From positions 18,713,879 to 18,777,878 of the forward strand of contig NC_052146.1 of the NCBI RefSeq assembly GCF_902713615.1: a stretch of DNA of 64,000 nucleotides, read 5' to 3'. The translations under genes were made by a program, and so were the position numbers. Each line of letters begins with the position of its first letter. Position 1 is the stretch's first letter. The notes below the pieces were generated by a model that worked only from the letters and a program-made list of their open reading frames with translations, was not told the DNA's origin and did not search any database. This document shows positions 1 through 12,689 of the stretch, in pieces. Origin of the DNA: Scyliorhinus canicula (lineage: Eukaryota).

Positions 1-3000
1 AGTGGACAGGAGATATGCGGAGACACCAGAGGAGGGGCTGTTGAGGGAGCGGCGCAGTTTACAGGCCCAGTTTGACCTACTGACCACTAGGAAGGCGGAG
101 ACGCAATGGAGAAGGGCACAGGGCGCGGTCTATGAGTACGGGGAAAAGGCGAGCAGGATGCTGGCACACCAGCTGCGCAAGCGAGATGCAGCCAGAGAGA
201 TTGGGGGAGTGAGAGAGAAGGGAGGGAACGTAGTGCAGAAGGGGCAAGAGGTGAACGGGGTCTTCAGGGATTTCTACAGGGAATTGTACCGGTCTGAGCC
301 GCCCAGGAGGAGGGGGGGAATGGAGAACTTCCTCGATAGATTGAGGTTCCCAAAGGTCCAGGAGGAACGGGTGGAGGGGCTGGGGGCGCCGATAGAGCTG
401 CAGGAGCTAGTTAAAGGGATAGGCCAGATGCAGGCGGGGAAGGCGCCGGGGCCGGATGGGTTCCCGGTGGAATTTTATAAGAAGTATGTGGACTTGGTGG
501 GTCCAGTGCTGGTGCGAGCCTTCAATGAGGCGCGAGAGGGGGGGGTTCTGCCCCCGACAATGTCACAGGCCCTGGTCGCCTTGATCCTGAAGCGGGACAA
601 AGACCCGGTACAGTGCGGGTCCTACAGGCCTATCTCCCTCTTGAATGTAGATGCCAAACTGTTGGCAAAGGTCCTGGCAACCAGAATAGAGGATTGTGTG
701 CCAGGGGTAATCCATGAGGACCAGACGGGGTTCGTAAAGGGACGACAACTTAACACAAATGTCCGGAGACTGTTGAATGTGATTATGATGCCAGCAGTGG
801 AGGGGGAGGCTGAGATAGTGGTAGCACTGGACGCGGAGAAGGCATTCGATAGGGTGGAGTGGGAATACCTGTGGGAGACGCTGGAACGGTTTGGGTTTGG
901 GGAGGGATTTATCAAGTGGGTGAAGCTGCTGTATTCGGCCCCGATGGCGAGTGTGGTTACAAACGGGAGGAGGTCAGAGTATTTTGGGCTCCATCGAGGT
1001 ACCAGGCAGGGATGCCCCCTATCCCCCTTACTATTTGCATTAGCGATCGAACCGTTGGCGATGGCACTGAGGGGTTCAGGGGGTTGGAGAGGACTGACAA
1101 GGGGAGGGGAGGAGCATCGGGTATCACTCTATGCGGATGATTTGTTGTTATATGTGGCGGACCCGGAAGGGGGAATGCCGGAGGTAATGGAAATACTAGC
1201 GGAGTTTGGGGACTTTTCGGGATATAAATTAAATGTGGGTAAAAGTGAGGTCTTTGTGATACACCCGGGAGATCAGGGGGAGGGAATTGGGCGGCTCCCC
1301 TTTAAGAGAGCAGTAAAGAGCTTCAGGTACTTGGGGGTGCAGGTGGCAAGGAACTGGGGGACCCTCCACAAGCTGAACTTTTCAAGGCTGGTGGAGCAGA
1401 TGGAGGAGGAGTTCAAGAGGTGGGACATGGTACCGCTGTCGCTAGCAGGGAGGGTGCAGTCAGTCAAAATGACGGTCCTCCCGAGGTTCTTGTTTCTGTT
1501 TCAGTGCTTGCCCATCTTTCTCCCCAGGGCCTTCTTCAGGAAGGTAACTAGCAGCATTATGGGCTATGTGTGGGCGCATGGCACCCCTAGAGTGAGAAGG
1601 ATTTTCTTGGAACGGAGTAGGGACAGTGGAGGATTAGCGCTACCCAATCTTTCCGGATACTACTGGGCGGCGAACGCATCGATGGTGCGCAAGTGGGTGA
1701 TGGAGGGGGAGGGGGCAGCTTGGAAACGTATGGAGAGGGCGTCCTGCGGCAATACAAGCCTGGGGGCGCTAGTAACGGCACCATGGCCGCTCCCCCCCAC
1801 AAGGTATACCACGAGTCCGGTAGTGGCGGCCACCCTGAAAATCTGGGGGCAGTGGAGGCGACACAGGGGGGAAGTGGGGGGTCTGATGGCGGCGCCACTG
1901 AGAGGGAACCACAGATTTGTCCCGGGGAACACTGGCGGGGGATTCCAGAGTTGGCACAGGGCGGGCATCAGGCAACTGAGGGACATGTTCATAGAGGGGA
2001 GGTTTGCGAGCCTGGGAGAGCTGGAGGAGAAATTTGAGCTCCCCCCGGGGAACACGTTTAGATACCTGCAGGTGAAGGCATTTGCCAGACGACAGGTGGA
2101 AGGATTTCCCTTGCTTCCCGATAGAGGGGTGAGTGATAGGGTGCTGTCAGGGGTCTGGGTCGGAGAAGGGAAGGTCTCGGACATCTACAAATAATGCAGG
2201 AGGTGGAGGAGGTATCGATAGAGGAGCTGAAAGACAAGTGGGAAGCGGAGCTGGGAGAGCAGATAGAAGATGGGACATGGGCGGATGCCTTAGAGAGGGT
2301 CAATTCGTCGTCGTCGTGCGCAAGGTTGGGCCTCATCCAATTTAAGGTGCTGCACAGAGCCCATATGACGGGGACTAGGATGAGTCGGTTCTTCGGGGGT
2401 GAGGACAGGTGTGTTAGGTGTTCGGGAAGCCCTGCGAACCATGTGCATATGTTCTGGATGTGCCCAGCACTGGAAGAGTTCTGGGAGGGGGTGGCGGGGA
2501 CGGTATCGAGAGTGGTGGGAACCAGGGTCAAACCAGGGTGGGGGCTAGCGATTTTTGGGGTTGGGGTGGAGCCAGGAGTACAGGAGGCAGGGGAGGCCGG
2601 AATATTGGCCTTTGCGTCCTTGGTAGCTCGGAGAAGGATCTTGATTCAGTGGAGGGACACAAGGCCACCAAGTGTTAACACCTGGTTAAACGACATGGCA
2701 AGCTTCATCCAATTGGAAAGAATCAAATTCGCCCTGAGAGGGTCGGTACAGGGGTTCTTCCGGCGGTGGCAGCCCTTCCTTGACTTTCTGGATCAGAGAT
2801 AGGAACTGGAGGCCGAAACAGCAGCAACCCGGGGAGAAAGGGGGGGGGGAAGGGAGGGGGGGGGGGGGGATAGCAACGTAGGGAGCACGTCAGCGGGGGG
2901 TCGCGGGCAATGACTGCCCGAGGCCATCGGCAGAAAGGGAAAAACGGTTTGGTTGCTAGACTGGTAGCGCGGGGGGGGGGGGGGGGGGGGGGGGAGGGTG

Positions 3001-3131
3001 GGGGGGGTGCGCGCGGGGGAGGGCGTGGGGAGGATTTTCCAGGGGGGATTTGTTGTGTTATAATTTAAAATGTAGTAGGGGTAAGTGTTTGTATCGAAAA
3101 ATTTCAATAAAAATTATTTTAAAAAAAAAAA
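1..3131 (+). mobile_element. L1/Tx1-clade non-LTR retrotransposon, 3' part (ORF2 RT + C-terminal CCHC finger, G-rich 3' UTR, poly-A tail); 5' end lies outside the window
   Basis: ORF 2-2194 has KAPGPDGF, YRPISLLN, LDAEKAFDRV, QGCPLSPLLF and YADD motifs. ORF 2194-2802 continues it with CVRC..H....C. AATAAA at ~3106 and A-tail to 3131. Confidence 0.95.
2..2802 (+). pseudogene. L1/Tx1 ORF2 reverse transcriptase (partial) with a single frameshift at ~2190
   Basis: Two abutting ORFs (730 aa + 202 aa) join if one A is restored in TAC AAA (A)TA ATG. Confidence 0.85.
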
Positions 3132-3415
3132 TATACACTCACCAAGGCTCCTTCAACAGCAAATTCTAAAGCCGTCACCTCCAGCACCTCGAAGGACCGG
3201 GGATACTGCTGGACAGGAATAGCACCGCTTGCAAGTTCCCCTCCGAGTCACACACCATCCTGACTTGGAACTATATTGCGTTCACTGCCCGTGTGTCGAA
3301 ATCCTGGAACTCTCGCCCGAACAGCACCCTGGATGTACCTACACCACATGGACTGCAGAAGGTTGCAGTAAATGCTAGCCTGCCGGCGACGTCCACATCC
3401 CATGAAAGAATTTTT
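3132..3415 (+). mobile_element. L2/CR1-superclade LINE 3' fragment
   Basis: Same 3' sequence as the longer copies at 34810-35670 and 51990-52690. Confidence 0.65.
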
Positions 3416-4761
3416 AAATGTTGCACTCGTCAAACTGAGTGACATTGATACTGGGGAATGCTCATTTCTCTATTTCCAATAAGAGTTGTTGATGCCAAAC
3501 ACGCTCAGGTCAGGTACAGGAGAACGTAGATGCAGAGTCAGACTCATCATATAGCAATGGAAGCTCTGGGTGTAGAGGAATCTCCTGGTTCACCAAGGTG
3601 GCATTTTCCCTTTCCCACACCAGCTGTCCCATGGCCTCATTGAATGAAGAATCCTTAATCAACATCAAGGGCTGATGTCCGTTTGTCGACTAGGGGCTTT
3701 TCACAGTAACTTCAGTTGAAGCCGACTTGTGACAAGTGGTTTTCATTTCATTTTCATTACCTGTCATTGATGTTTCTCAAATATTTCAGATCAGGGATAG
3801 TATTTGAACCAGTGGGATGAGAAGAGGAAGAAAGTTAATTGGTCAGCGGGTTACCAGCAGGAATCCACTGGTGATGGCTGGCCTGGCCCAGGTGGTGAGG
3901 GAGGTTGCTGGGTAGGAATCGGCCAGCCGCCTGCTTCTGGGTAAGGAGGGTGTTAACGGGGGAGCCTCAGAGTGGTGGGGATGGAGGGGTAAAATCCAGG
4001 GCAGGCGAGGTCTCCCTTTACATTGGGAGAGCACCTGCTCCTCCTGACCCTACCAGGGATAATAAAAGGGAAACACTTTGAATATTGTGGAAGAGAGAGG
4101 CATGGGGCGCCATTTAATGGCTACGTTGCGCTTAAGCAAGAGCGTGCCGAGGTCGTTAGATTGTGGGAGAGGCCAAAATTGAGAACCGTGCCGGGTGCCG
4201 ATCGGTTTGCAATCTAACTGGTCCACCCCCATTGATGAAATCAGGATCCTGCCGTGGCGTGGGGAGAAACCAATAATCACCACTTCGGCCCAATCTCCAT
4301 ACAATTAACAAGAGTGACACCTGTCTAATGGCCTCTCCAGCAAGTGGTCACATGGACGCTGATTAATATTCCTTTCTAAAAACGTGAAGCTGGTGGAAGG
4401 GCTGCTGGGGGTATCCAAGAAGCTATCTTCACCCCCCCCCCTTCGGAAATGAGCCCGGGGGCACTGGGGTTGCTGCCCCAATGCTCGGAGGGAGGGTGGG
4501 GGAGCCCTTGGGGGGCCAGCCTCGGTCAGTGGGCTGCCATTGGGGGAGGGGGAGCTGTGGATCAGCTCGGGAAGGCCCTCCCGCTATTCTCCCACCCGTC
4601 GTGGGGGTCGGAGAATTTCGCCCATTGAATATTTAAATTGCACAGACCGTAAGCTGGAACCACAAAACCTGGTGCAAAGCCCAAGCATGCCCCTTCGCCC
4701 CCCCCCCCCCCCCCCCCCGTTCCGCGCCCCCCCCCCCCCCCCCACACACACATTTTTGAAA

Positions 4762-4799
<38 letters not shown>

Positions 4800-5094
4800 C
4801 TAAGTCAGTACATTGTCCCTGAACTTGGGCTTTGGTCTGCTCAGCTGCCCTGAGCGTGTATCACATCGTGTGGCAGTACTTGGGATGCACCTGGGTTATT
4901 GCCCACATGACGGATGGCATCATTTGTGCCTGGGATGACCACGGTGCCTGGAGGGTTTGCTGCATTGGTAACAGGAGGGGGCACCGTCTCCAACAGTGCA
5001 GGGGATTCAGATTGTCGACTCAGTGTATCAGCTTCTGTGGTCCGGGTCCATGTAACAGATGACGCCGGTTCCTGACATACAGGGGCAAACATCT

Positions 5095-5316
5095 TTTAAA
5101 AAATAAATTTAGAGTACTCACTTCTTTTTTTTCCAACTAAGGAGCAATGTAGCGTAGCCAATCCACCTAGCCTGAATATCTTTTTTTGGGTTGTGGGGGT
5201 GAGACCCACAGACACGGGGAGAATGTGCAATCTCCACACGGACAGTGATCCGGGGCCAGGATCGAACCCGGGTCCTCGGCGCCGTGAGGCTGCAGTGCCA
5301 ACCACCCTGCCGCCCA
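5095..5316 (-). mobile_element. tRNA-derived HE1/V-type SINE, A-tailed short form
   Basis: tRNA-like head, GGATTGGCYACGCTA core and A-rich tail. TSD GGGCAAACATCT at 5083-5094 and 5320-5331. Confidence 0.85.
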
Positions 5317-6714
5317 ACAGGGCAAACATCTGAGGCAACCACATAACTGTTTGGTTGGGGGGCATGACTGTGGACTGCTGCCACTTTGTCATAGCCACGT
5401 GTCGTTTGCACTCTTGACTGGCCCGGATACAGAGACAGAATCTCTTTTCCCTTTGTCACTGTTTAATGATGGCTTCCCTCACTTTTGTTTCCACTTTGGG
5501 TTGCAATAGGGCCTTGGCGACAGGGATCATTGTTGTGACGTATCTGGAGAGCACTCTCTGTACTCCCTCTCTTGGCAGATTACGCAGACTAAATAGTGCG
5601 GCGTAGAAGTCTGTTGCCATGGAGGCATTTTCCGAGGAGGTGCTTTGCTGGACATTCTGCATGCTCCGCCAAACCATACTGGGGATATAGGGGGCAGCTT
5701 GTAATATGTTCAAAGTTCCATGTGTGTGTAAAGTCCTAGAACTCCCAGGAGACAAACTGTTAGACGTTGCCCATCACTGGTCTTTATATGCCATATGCAG
5801 CAAACTGTCTCTTCAGCTTTCCAATTACTGTGTTGCTCATCATGTCGGGCAAGTCACCAACTTCATACCACCCTGAGAGTGAATCAACAATGATCAGACG
5901 CGGCGAGTGAGCATGGAACCTGATGGAGGTGCAGTTGTTCTTTGGTTTGATGAGACTTGAGTGCATTGCATGGTGTACACCTGGACACTTCCCTCTCTGT
6001 GTCACCGTACAATAGGGGCCAGTACATGGTTTCCTTTGCCTCGCACTTTGTTGCTTCTATCCCTGGGCATCCTTGGTGGAGTTGCTGGGTGTAGTATTTC
6101 TGCAGAGAGCTGGGAATGACCAATCTCTGGCCACACATTTTCAGTCCATCCTGTACAGTTAACCTTTCTTTCATGGAATTAAAAATACGGAGCTCGTAGG
6201 GAAGTTCTTTTGACGTCACGGGTTTCGTGATGGTGTCATGGAGCTGCCTGCATGTGTGATCTGCTTGTAGGACAGCTTTGAGTTCTTCAACTCTGCGGGA
6301 TGGGTGCACTTGAATTGTCAGAATAGAGATGCCCTCCTCACAGTCGGCATGCTCAGTGATGGATAAGTGAGCCGTAGGGAGGGCATCGGCGCGGTCTAGC
6401 TCCTTACCAAGCTTGTAGGTCACACTGAGGATGTAGCATTGGAGTCTGAGCATTATCCATTGCAGGCAGGGTGATGCAGTATAGACGATGGTGATGAGTG
6501 GCTTGTGATCAGTTTGAATGTTGACATGGCGGCCATAGATGAAATCATGGAATTTCTGACATGCGAAGACTACAGGACAAGGAGTTCCTCCTTGATCTGG
6601 GAAAAGCGAATTTCCATGTCAGTAAGAGCCCTTGATGCAAAAGCCATTGGTGTGCCATTCTGGATGTGCACTGATCTGAATCAGTGCTGAGGGACATCTG
6701 CTGATAAGGTGCTT

Positions 6715-7028
6715 AGAATCAAAAGGAGGCTATTTGGCCCATCGAGTCTGCACCGGCCCTTGGAAAGAGCCCCACTTAAGCCCACACCTCACCCTATCCC
6801 AGTAACCCCACCCAACCTTTTTTTTTGGACACTAAGGGAAATTTAGCATGGCCAATCCACGTAACCTACACAATTTTGGACTGTGGGAGGAAACCGGTGC
6901 ACCCGGAGGAAACCCACGTAGACACTGTGTGCAGACTCTGCACAGACAGTGACCCAAGCCAGGAAACGAACCTGGGACCCTGGAGCTGTGAAGCAACTGT
7001 GCTAACCACTGTGCTACAGTGCTGCCCT
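6715..7028 (-). mobile_element. HE1-type SINE with CR1-derived tail
   Basis: tRNA head, V-type core and GACTCGATGGGCCAAATAGCCTCC tail. Confidence 0.85.
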
Positions 7029-7729
7029 CAGATAGAACATTACAGCGCAGTACGGGCCCTTCGGCCCTTGATCTTGTGCCGACCTGTGAAACCATCTGAA
7101 GCCTATCTGACCTACACTATTCCATTTTCATCCATATGTCTATTATTACGACATTTGCCGTATAATCGTCTTATCCAGATCTGGCTTCAACACCATTGGT
7201 GGTAAACAAGTGGCACATGTAGGGGACCTGGCTGACTCTGATTCCGCATTTAGTGAAGTTGAGCTTCAACTGAATGGTCCTGATTCTGTCGTATCATGTT
7301 CTTGCATCATATGTCCCCAGATCAGATCATCATCAACAATGGTTATCAAGATTGCCCTGCAAAGATCAGATCCATGGACCTTTGGCAGACCTCACCAGCA
7401 GTGGAGATGCCATTTGGCCATGTGGAGGAACCTGTAACTGTCCAATGGAGGCATGAACGTAGTGAATTTTGAACACTCTTCATCCAGCGGGATGCACCAA
7501 AATCCACACTTTGCATCCAGGATACTGAAAATGATAGCATTGGGCATGTCAGCCATGGCCTGTTCCACCGTCTACATTGGATGATGGTGGGTCAGAAGTG
7601 CTTTATTTATATGAACTGGGTTGATGCAGATCTTGACCATGCCATTTTACCGCAGCCATTTTACCGTAGCTACTGTCGCAGAAACCCACACTGTAGACTC
7701 ATCTCTGGGGACGATGACACCCAATCCAT

Positions 7730-8042
7730 AAGATCATAACTTCCCAGTTCCCAGAGGACACAATCTCAGACTAAAGGGATGATCCTTTAAAACAGAGATG
7801 AGGCGAGATTTCTTCAGCCAGAGGGTGGTGAATCTATGGAACTCTTTGCCACAGATGGCTGTGGAGGCCAAATCACTGAGTGTCTTTAAGGACAAGATAA
7901 ATAGGTTCTTGATCATTAAAGGGATCAGGGGTTATGGGGAGAAGGCAGGAGAATGGGGATGAGAAAATATCAGCCATGATTGAATGGCGGAGCAGACTCG
8001 ATGGCCGAGTGGCATAATTCTGCTCCTATGTCTTATGGTCTT
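7730..8042 (+). mobile_element. CR1 LINE 3' fragment
   Basis: RGH..L...FF.QRVVNLWNSLP coding remnant followed by a CR1-type 3' hairpin tail. Confidence 0.8.
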
Positions 8043-8142
8043 TTCGTATTTCACCTTTTCCCAGGATAAAGTCGACACTTTCGCATTATAATGCCTTATG
8101 GGATTTGATCACTCTGTTCCTGTTCCGAACTTGGAGAGGTAG

Positions 8143-9300
8143 CCAGCTCTCTCTCTTATTCCTCCCCCAGCTCCCATTCCTCTCCAGCTACCAATCTCCC
8201 ATTCTTCACTCCAGCTCCCAGTCTCCCATTCCTCCCCCAGCTCCCAGTCTCCCATTCCTCTTCCCAGCTCCCAGTCTCCCATTCCAGCTCCCAGTCTCCC
8301 ATTCCTCCCCACAGTTCCCAGTCTCCCATTCCAGCTCCCAGTCTCCCATTCCTCCCCCCAGCTACCAGTCTCCCATTCCAGCTCCCAGTCTCCCATTCCA
8401 GCTCCCAGTCCCCCATTCCTCCCCACAGTTCCCAGTCTCCCATTCCAGCTCCCAGTCTCACATTCCTCCCCCCAGTTCCCAGTCTCCCATTCCAGCTCCC
8501 AGTCTCCCATTCTTCCCCCCAGCTCCCAGTCTCCTATTCTAGCTCCCAGTCTCACATTCCTCCCCCCCACAGTTCCCAGTCTCCCATTCCTCCCCCAGCT
8601 CCAAGTCTCCCATTCCTCACTCCAGCTCCCAGTCTCCCATTCCTCCCCCAGCTCCCAGTCTCCTATTCCTCCCCCAGCTCCCAGTCTCCTATTCCTCCCC
8701 CAGCTCCCAGTCTCCCATTCCAGCTCCCAGTCCCCCATTCCTCCCCCAGCTCCCAGTCTCCCATTCCAGCTCCCAGTCCTCCCCCAGCTCCCAGTCTCCT
8801 ATTCCTCCCCCAGCTCCCAGTCTCCCATTCCAGCTCCCAGTCCCCCATTCCTCCCCCAGCTCCCAGTCTCCCATTCCAGCTCCCAATCTCCCATTCCTCC
8901 CCTCAGCCCAGTCTCCCATTCCTCACTCCAGCTCCCAGTCTCCCATTCCTCACTCCAGCTCCCAGTCTCCTATTCCTCCCAGATCCCAGTCACCCATTCC
9001 TCCCAGATCCCAGTCTCCCATTCCTCCCAGATCCCAGTCTCCCATTCCTCCCAGATCCCAGTCACCCATTCTTCACTCCAGCTCCAAGTCTCTCATTTCT
9101 CCCCCAGCTCCTTTTTCAAACCTCTCCCCAGCTCCCACTTTTCCAAACTTCTCCCCAGCTTCCAATCTCCTCCCCAGCTTCCAATCTCCCATTCCTCCCC
9201 CGACTCCCAGTCTCCCATTCTTATCCAGCTCCCAGTCACTCATTCCTCTAATTCCCAGCCACCAATCTCTCTCTCCAGGACCCAGTCTCCCATTCCTCTT
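8143..9300. repeat. Pyrimidine-rich degenerate minisatellite (units CAGCTCCCAGTCTCCCATTC +/- CTCCCC, ~20-27 bp)
   Basis: Directly visible tandem units; source of the spurious WELG/WETGSW ORFs. Confidence 0.95.
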
Positions 9301-9404
9301 TCATAATCCCTTCTCCCATTCCCCAAATAGCAATGATTGCACCCAGAATAATCGGTATGTATTAAAATCAAATTTCCCACTATTGGGTGACAGAAGGGGC
9401 AATG

Positions 9405-9632
9405 GTTATTTAAAAAAAAAAAAATTTAGAGTACCCAATTATTTTTTCCAATTAAGGGGGCAATTTAGCATGGCCAACCCACCTACCCTGCACATCTTTT
9501 GGGTCGTGGGGGCGAAACCCACGCAAACACGGGGAGAATGTGCAAACTCCACAGACAGTGACCCAGAGCCGGAATAGAACCTGGGACCTCAGCGCCATGA
9601 GGCAGCAGGGCAAACTACTGCGCCACCGTGCT
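9405..9632 (-). mobile_element. HE1/V-type SINE, A-tailed form
   Basis: Same family as 5095-5316; GAAGGGGCA repeated on both flanks. Confidence 0.85.
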
Positions 9633-10304
9633 GAAGGGGCAGGAGTTATGTTTGTTACAAATATCTCGGTACTTTAGTGTGTCACAAATATCTCGGCAGT
9701 TTTGAGCTAAATTGGTGAAGGAGCCGCTGAACGTGGAGGCGATCAATGGAGAAAACAAATATTGTTTGAAAACACTTTCATCAGTTTTGCTCTTTCAGAT
9801 GCCTAATGTCTCAGTATCATTCTTACATCCAACTGGTTGCAGGATTCATTGTCATCTAAAAATTGAATAAAAAGGAATCATTTCCGTAAAGATTTAAAAT
9901 GATTACACACAGCAGCTTAGCCTTTGCTCACAGAGTGCTCCATCTTGTGCTCTCTGATCAAAGCAATCCCCCTCAAACTGCGTGCCCATTTCTAATACAT
10001 GAATAAATCCCCTGCAGAATAGCCTGGATTGAATTGAACTTTCCAGGCCAAGCAGTGTTAGAGGGTAGGTGTATTGAAATCCCTGTGGAGGGGAGGGAAA
10101 GGGCAGATGAAATAAATACTTTCATTGATATAGCATCATAACCTATGGAAGTCCCTAATGCTTTTATTATGGGCCAGGGTTTAGAAAACTCCAAGGTTTA
10201 TCATGGAGTTCACCTGACCTACAACTGTTTATTAGTTTATTGGTTTTGGTCACGATGAGCACAAGGGCCTGCCTTTCAAGGGTTATTCAACAGAGGCCTT
10301 AAGC

Positions 10305-11315
10305 ACTTTTTTTTTAACAAACAATTTTAATGAGGCATTTTTGGCATTACAAACAACCACAGTATAAAAAATAGAGTACAAAGAACAATAGTCATAATGC
10401 AACCGCTGACATCTGTCCCTCCAAGGCACGCCTATTTAACCTCCTACTGTATGCTACCTTAACCCCCCCCCCCCCCCCCCCCCCGGCTGACGATTAATTC
10501 TCCGCAAAGAAGTCAATGAATGGTTGCCACCTCCGGGCGAACCCTGACACCGACCCTCTCAAGGCGAGCTTGATCTTTTCCAGGCCGAGAAAGCTCGCCA
10601 TGTTGGTTAACCAGGCCTCTGACTTCGGAGGCCTAGACTCCCTCCAAGCCAGTAGTATCCGTCGGCAGGCTACCAAGGAGGAAAAGGCCAGAACATCTGC
10701 CTCTCCCTCCTCCTGAACACCCGGGTCCTCCAACACCCCAAAGATCGCTACCCCTGGACTCATTTCCACCCGAGTCTTCAATACTCTGGACATGACATCC
10801 GCGAACCCCTGCCAATATCCCCTAGGTTTGGGGCATGCCCAGAACATATGGACATGGTTCACTGGTCCACCCGCACATCTGACACACTTGTCTTCCACCC
10901 CAAAAAATCTGCTCATCCGGGCCACTGTCATGTGGGCCCGGTGCACCACCTTAAACTGGATCGCGTAGCGGTTGCATTGACCCTGCTCAATGCCTCCACC
11001 CATAGGCCGTCCTCCATCTCACCACCCACTTCCTCCTCCCACTTACGCTTCAGCTCCTCTGTATGCATCTCCTCTGCCCCCATTAATTCTTTGTAGATGT
11101 CTGAGATGCTCCCCTCCCCCAGCCATCCCCTAGACACTACCCTATCTTGAATCCCTCTTCGTGGCAGGAGTGGGAAGGATGGTACCTGCCTGCGCAGAAA
11201 GTCTCACACCTGTAGGTATCTGAAATCATTCCCTGCTGTCAGCCCAAACTTCTCCAGTGCCCTTAAGCTAGGAAAGCTCCCTTCCAGAAACAGGTCCCCC
11301 ATCTTCTCAATCCCC
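10305..11315 (-). mobile_element. L1/Tx1-clade LINE, 5'-truncated 3' fragment
   Basis: ORF 10494-11003 (IQFKVVHRAHMT...CVRC...HVHMFWAC...RRWQPFIDF) is homologous to ORF 2194-2802. T-run at 10305-10314 is the tail. Confidence 0.9.
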
Positions 11316-11316
11316 G

Positions 11317-11480
11317 TGGGGCTGTTTAGCACACTGAGCTAAAGTGCTGGCTTTGAAAGCAGACCAAGGCAGGCCAGCAGCACGGTTTGATTCCCGTAAC
11401 AGCCTCCCCAGACAGGCGCCAGAATGTGGCGACTAGGGGCTTTTCACAGTAACTTCATTGAAGCCTACTTGTGACACTTG
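11317..11480 (+). mobile_element. Short SINE with Rex1-like stem-loop tail (family GGGGCTGGTTTAGC...)
   Basis: Homologous to 16684-16872, 27321-27500 and 47489-47670. Confidence 0.8.
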
Positions 11481-12082
11481 TGGGGTGGGTGGGGTGAGGG
11501 TCGGGGAGAGTGGGGGTGAGGGTGGGGAGAGGGTGGGGAGAGTGGGGAGAGGGTGGGGAGAGTGGGGAGAGGGTGGGGAGAGTGGGGAGAGGGTGTGGTG
11601 GGGGGAGAGGGTGTGGTGGGGGGAGAGGGTGGGGTGGGGGGGAGAGTGTGGGGAGGGGGTGGGGTGAGGGGGGTGGGGTGAGGGGGGGGTGGGGTGAGGG
11701 GGGGGTGGGGTGAGGGGGGGTGGGGTGAGGGGGGGTGGGGTGAGGGGGGGTGGGGTGAGGGGGGGTGGGGTGAGGGGGGGGTGGGGTGAGGGGGGGTGGG
11801 GTGAGGGGGGGTGGGGTGAGGGGGGTGGGGTGAGGGGGGGTGGGGTGAGGGGGGGGTGGGGTGAGGGGGGGTGGGGTGAGGAGGGTGGGGTGAGAGGGGG
11901 GGAGAGGGTGGGGTGAGAGGGGGGGGTGGGTGGGGTGAGGGGGGTGAGAGGGGGGTGAGGGTGGGAGGTGGGGGTGAGGGTGGGAGGTGGGGGTGAGGTG
12001 GGAGGGTGGGCTGAGTGGGAGGAGAGTGGGGGGAGGGTGGGAAGGGTGGTGGTGGTGGGGGGGGAGGGGGGGAGGGTGGGTG
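11481..12082 (+). repeat. G-rich tandem array (GGGGTGAGGGGGGGT-like), G-quadruplex-forming
   Basis: About 600 bp composed almost only of G-runs separated by T/GA. Confidence 0.95.
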
Positions 12083-12287
12083 GTTGGTGCTGATGGAGAT
12101 TTCCTCATTCTGCCAGCTTTGAGCCTCCTGTCATTGGGATGCCACAGCATCAGGAATGGCCACTTGACACTCAGTCACCATTTCAGAGTTTCCGAATCAA
12201 ACTGCTGGGAAATCTCTGCAGCTCCGGAGGAGTGTCACAGAATGCCCCGGACATCAGCACCATGGCCACCGGGAGGAGGGGGGGGAA

Positions 12288-12686
12288 CAGGGCCAGCGCC
12301 ACCCCGCGGCTCGGAGGACCACACACTCCCCACTCGGCCACCTCCAGGGCCAACGTCACCCCGCGGATCGGAGGACCACACACTCCCCACTCGGACACCT
12401 CCAGGGCCAGCGCCACCCCGCGGCTCGGAGGTCCAAACACTCCCCACTCGGACACCTCCAGAGTCAACGCCACCCCGCGGCTCGGAGGACCACACACTCC
12501 CCACTCGGCCACCTCCAGGGCCAGCGTTATATCGCGGATCGGAGGACCAAACACTCCCCACTCGGCCACCTCCAGGGCCAGCGTCACCCCGCGGATCGGA
12601 GGACCACACACTTCCCACTCGGCCACCTCCAGGGCCAGCGTCACCCCGCGGATCGGAGGACCACACACTCCCCACTCGGACTCCTC
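12288..12686 (+). repeat. 57-bp VNTR, 7 copies, just upstream of USP30 exon 1
   Basis: Units start at 12288, 12345, 12402, 12459, 12516, 12573 and 12630. Confidence 0.95.
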
Positions 12687-12689
12687 CAC

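Larger units (their letters stand above)
4815..7722 (-). mobile_element. Decayed Gypsy/Ty3 LTR-retrotransposon pol (RT-RNaseH-integrase), interrupted by SINEs
   Basis: Minus-strand fragments GISTAGEVCQR (RT), LRLQCY..VTYKLGK...ADAL (RNaseH end), LHQGCPGIEATK...MYWP...CTPC (integrase Zn finger) and LIIVDSLSGWYEV (integrase core), with many stops and frameshifts. Confidence 0.85.

Noticed and set aside
3842-4640. Second CpG-island promoter or exon
   Set aside because: No recognisable exon; it resembles GC-rich dispersed repeat fragments also seen near 20440-20640 and 29230-29420. The family could not be named, so it was left unannotated.
8105-8919. Trp/Gly/Glu-rich and Pro/Ser-rich ORFs
   Set aside because: Artefacts of the pyrimidine-rich minisatellite.
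11455-12150. Extensin-like Pro-rich or RGG-rich ORFs
   Set aside because: Translations of the G-rich array.
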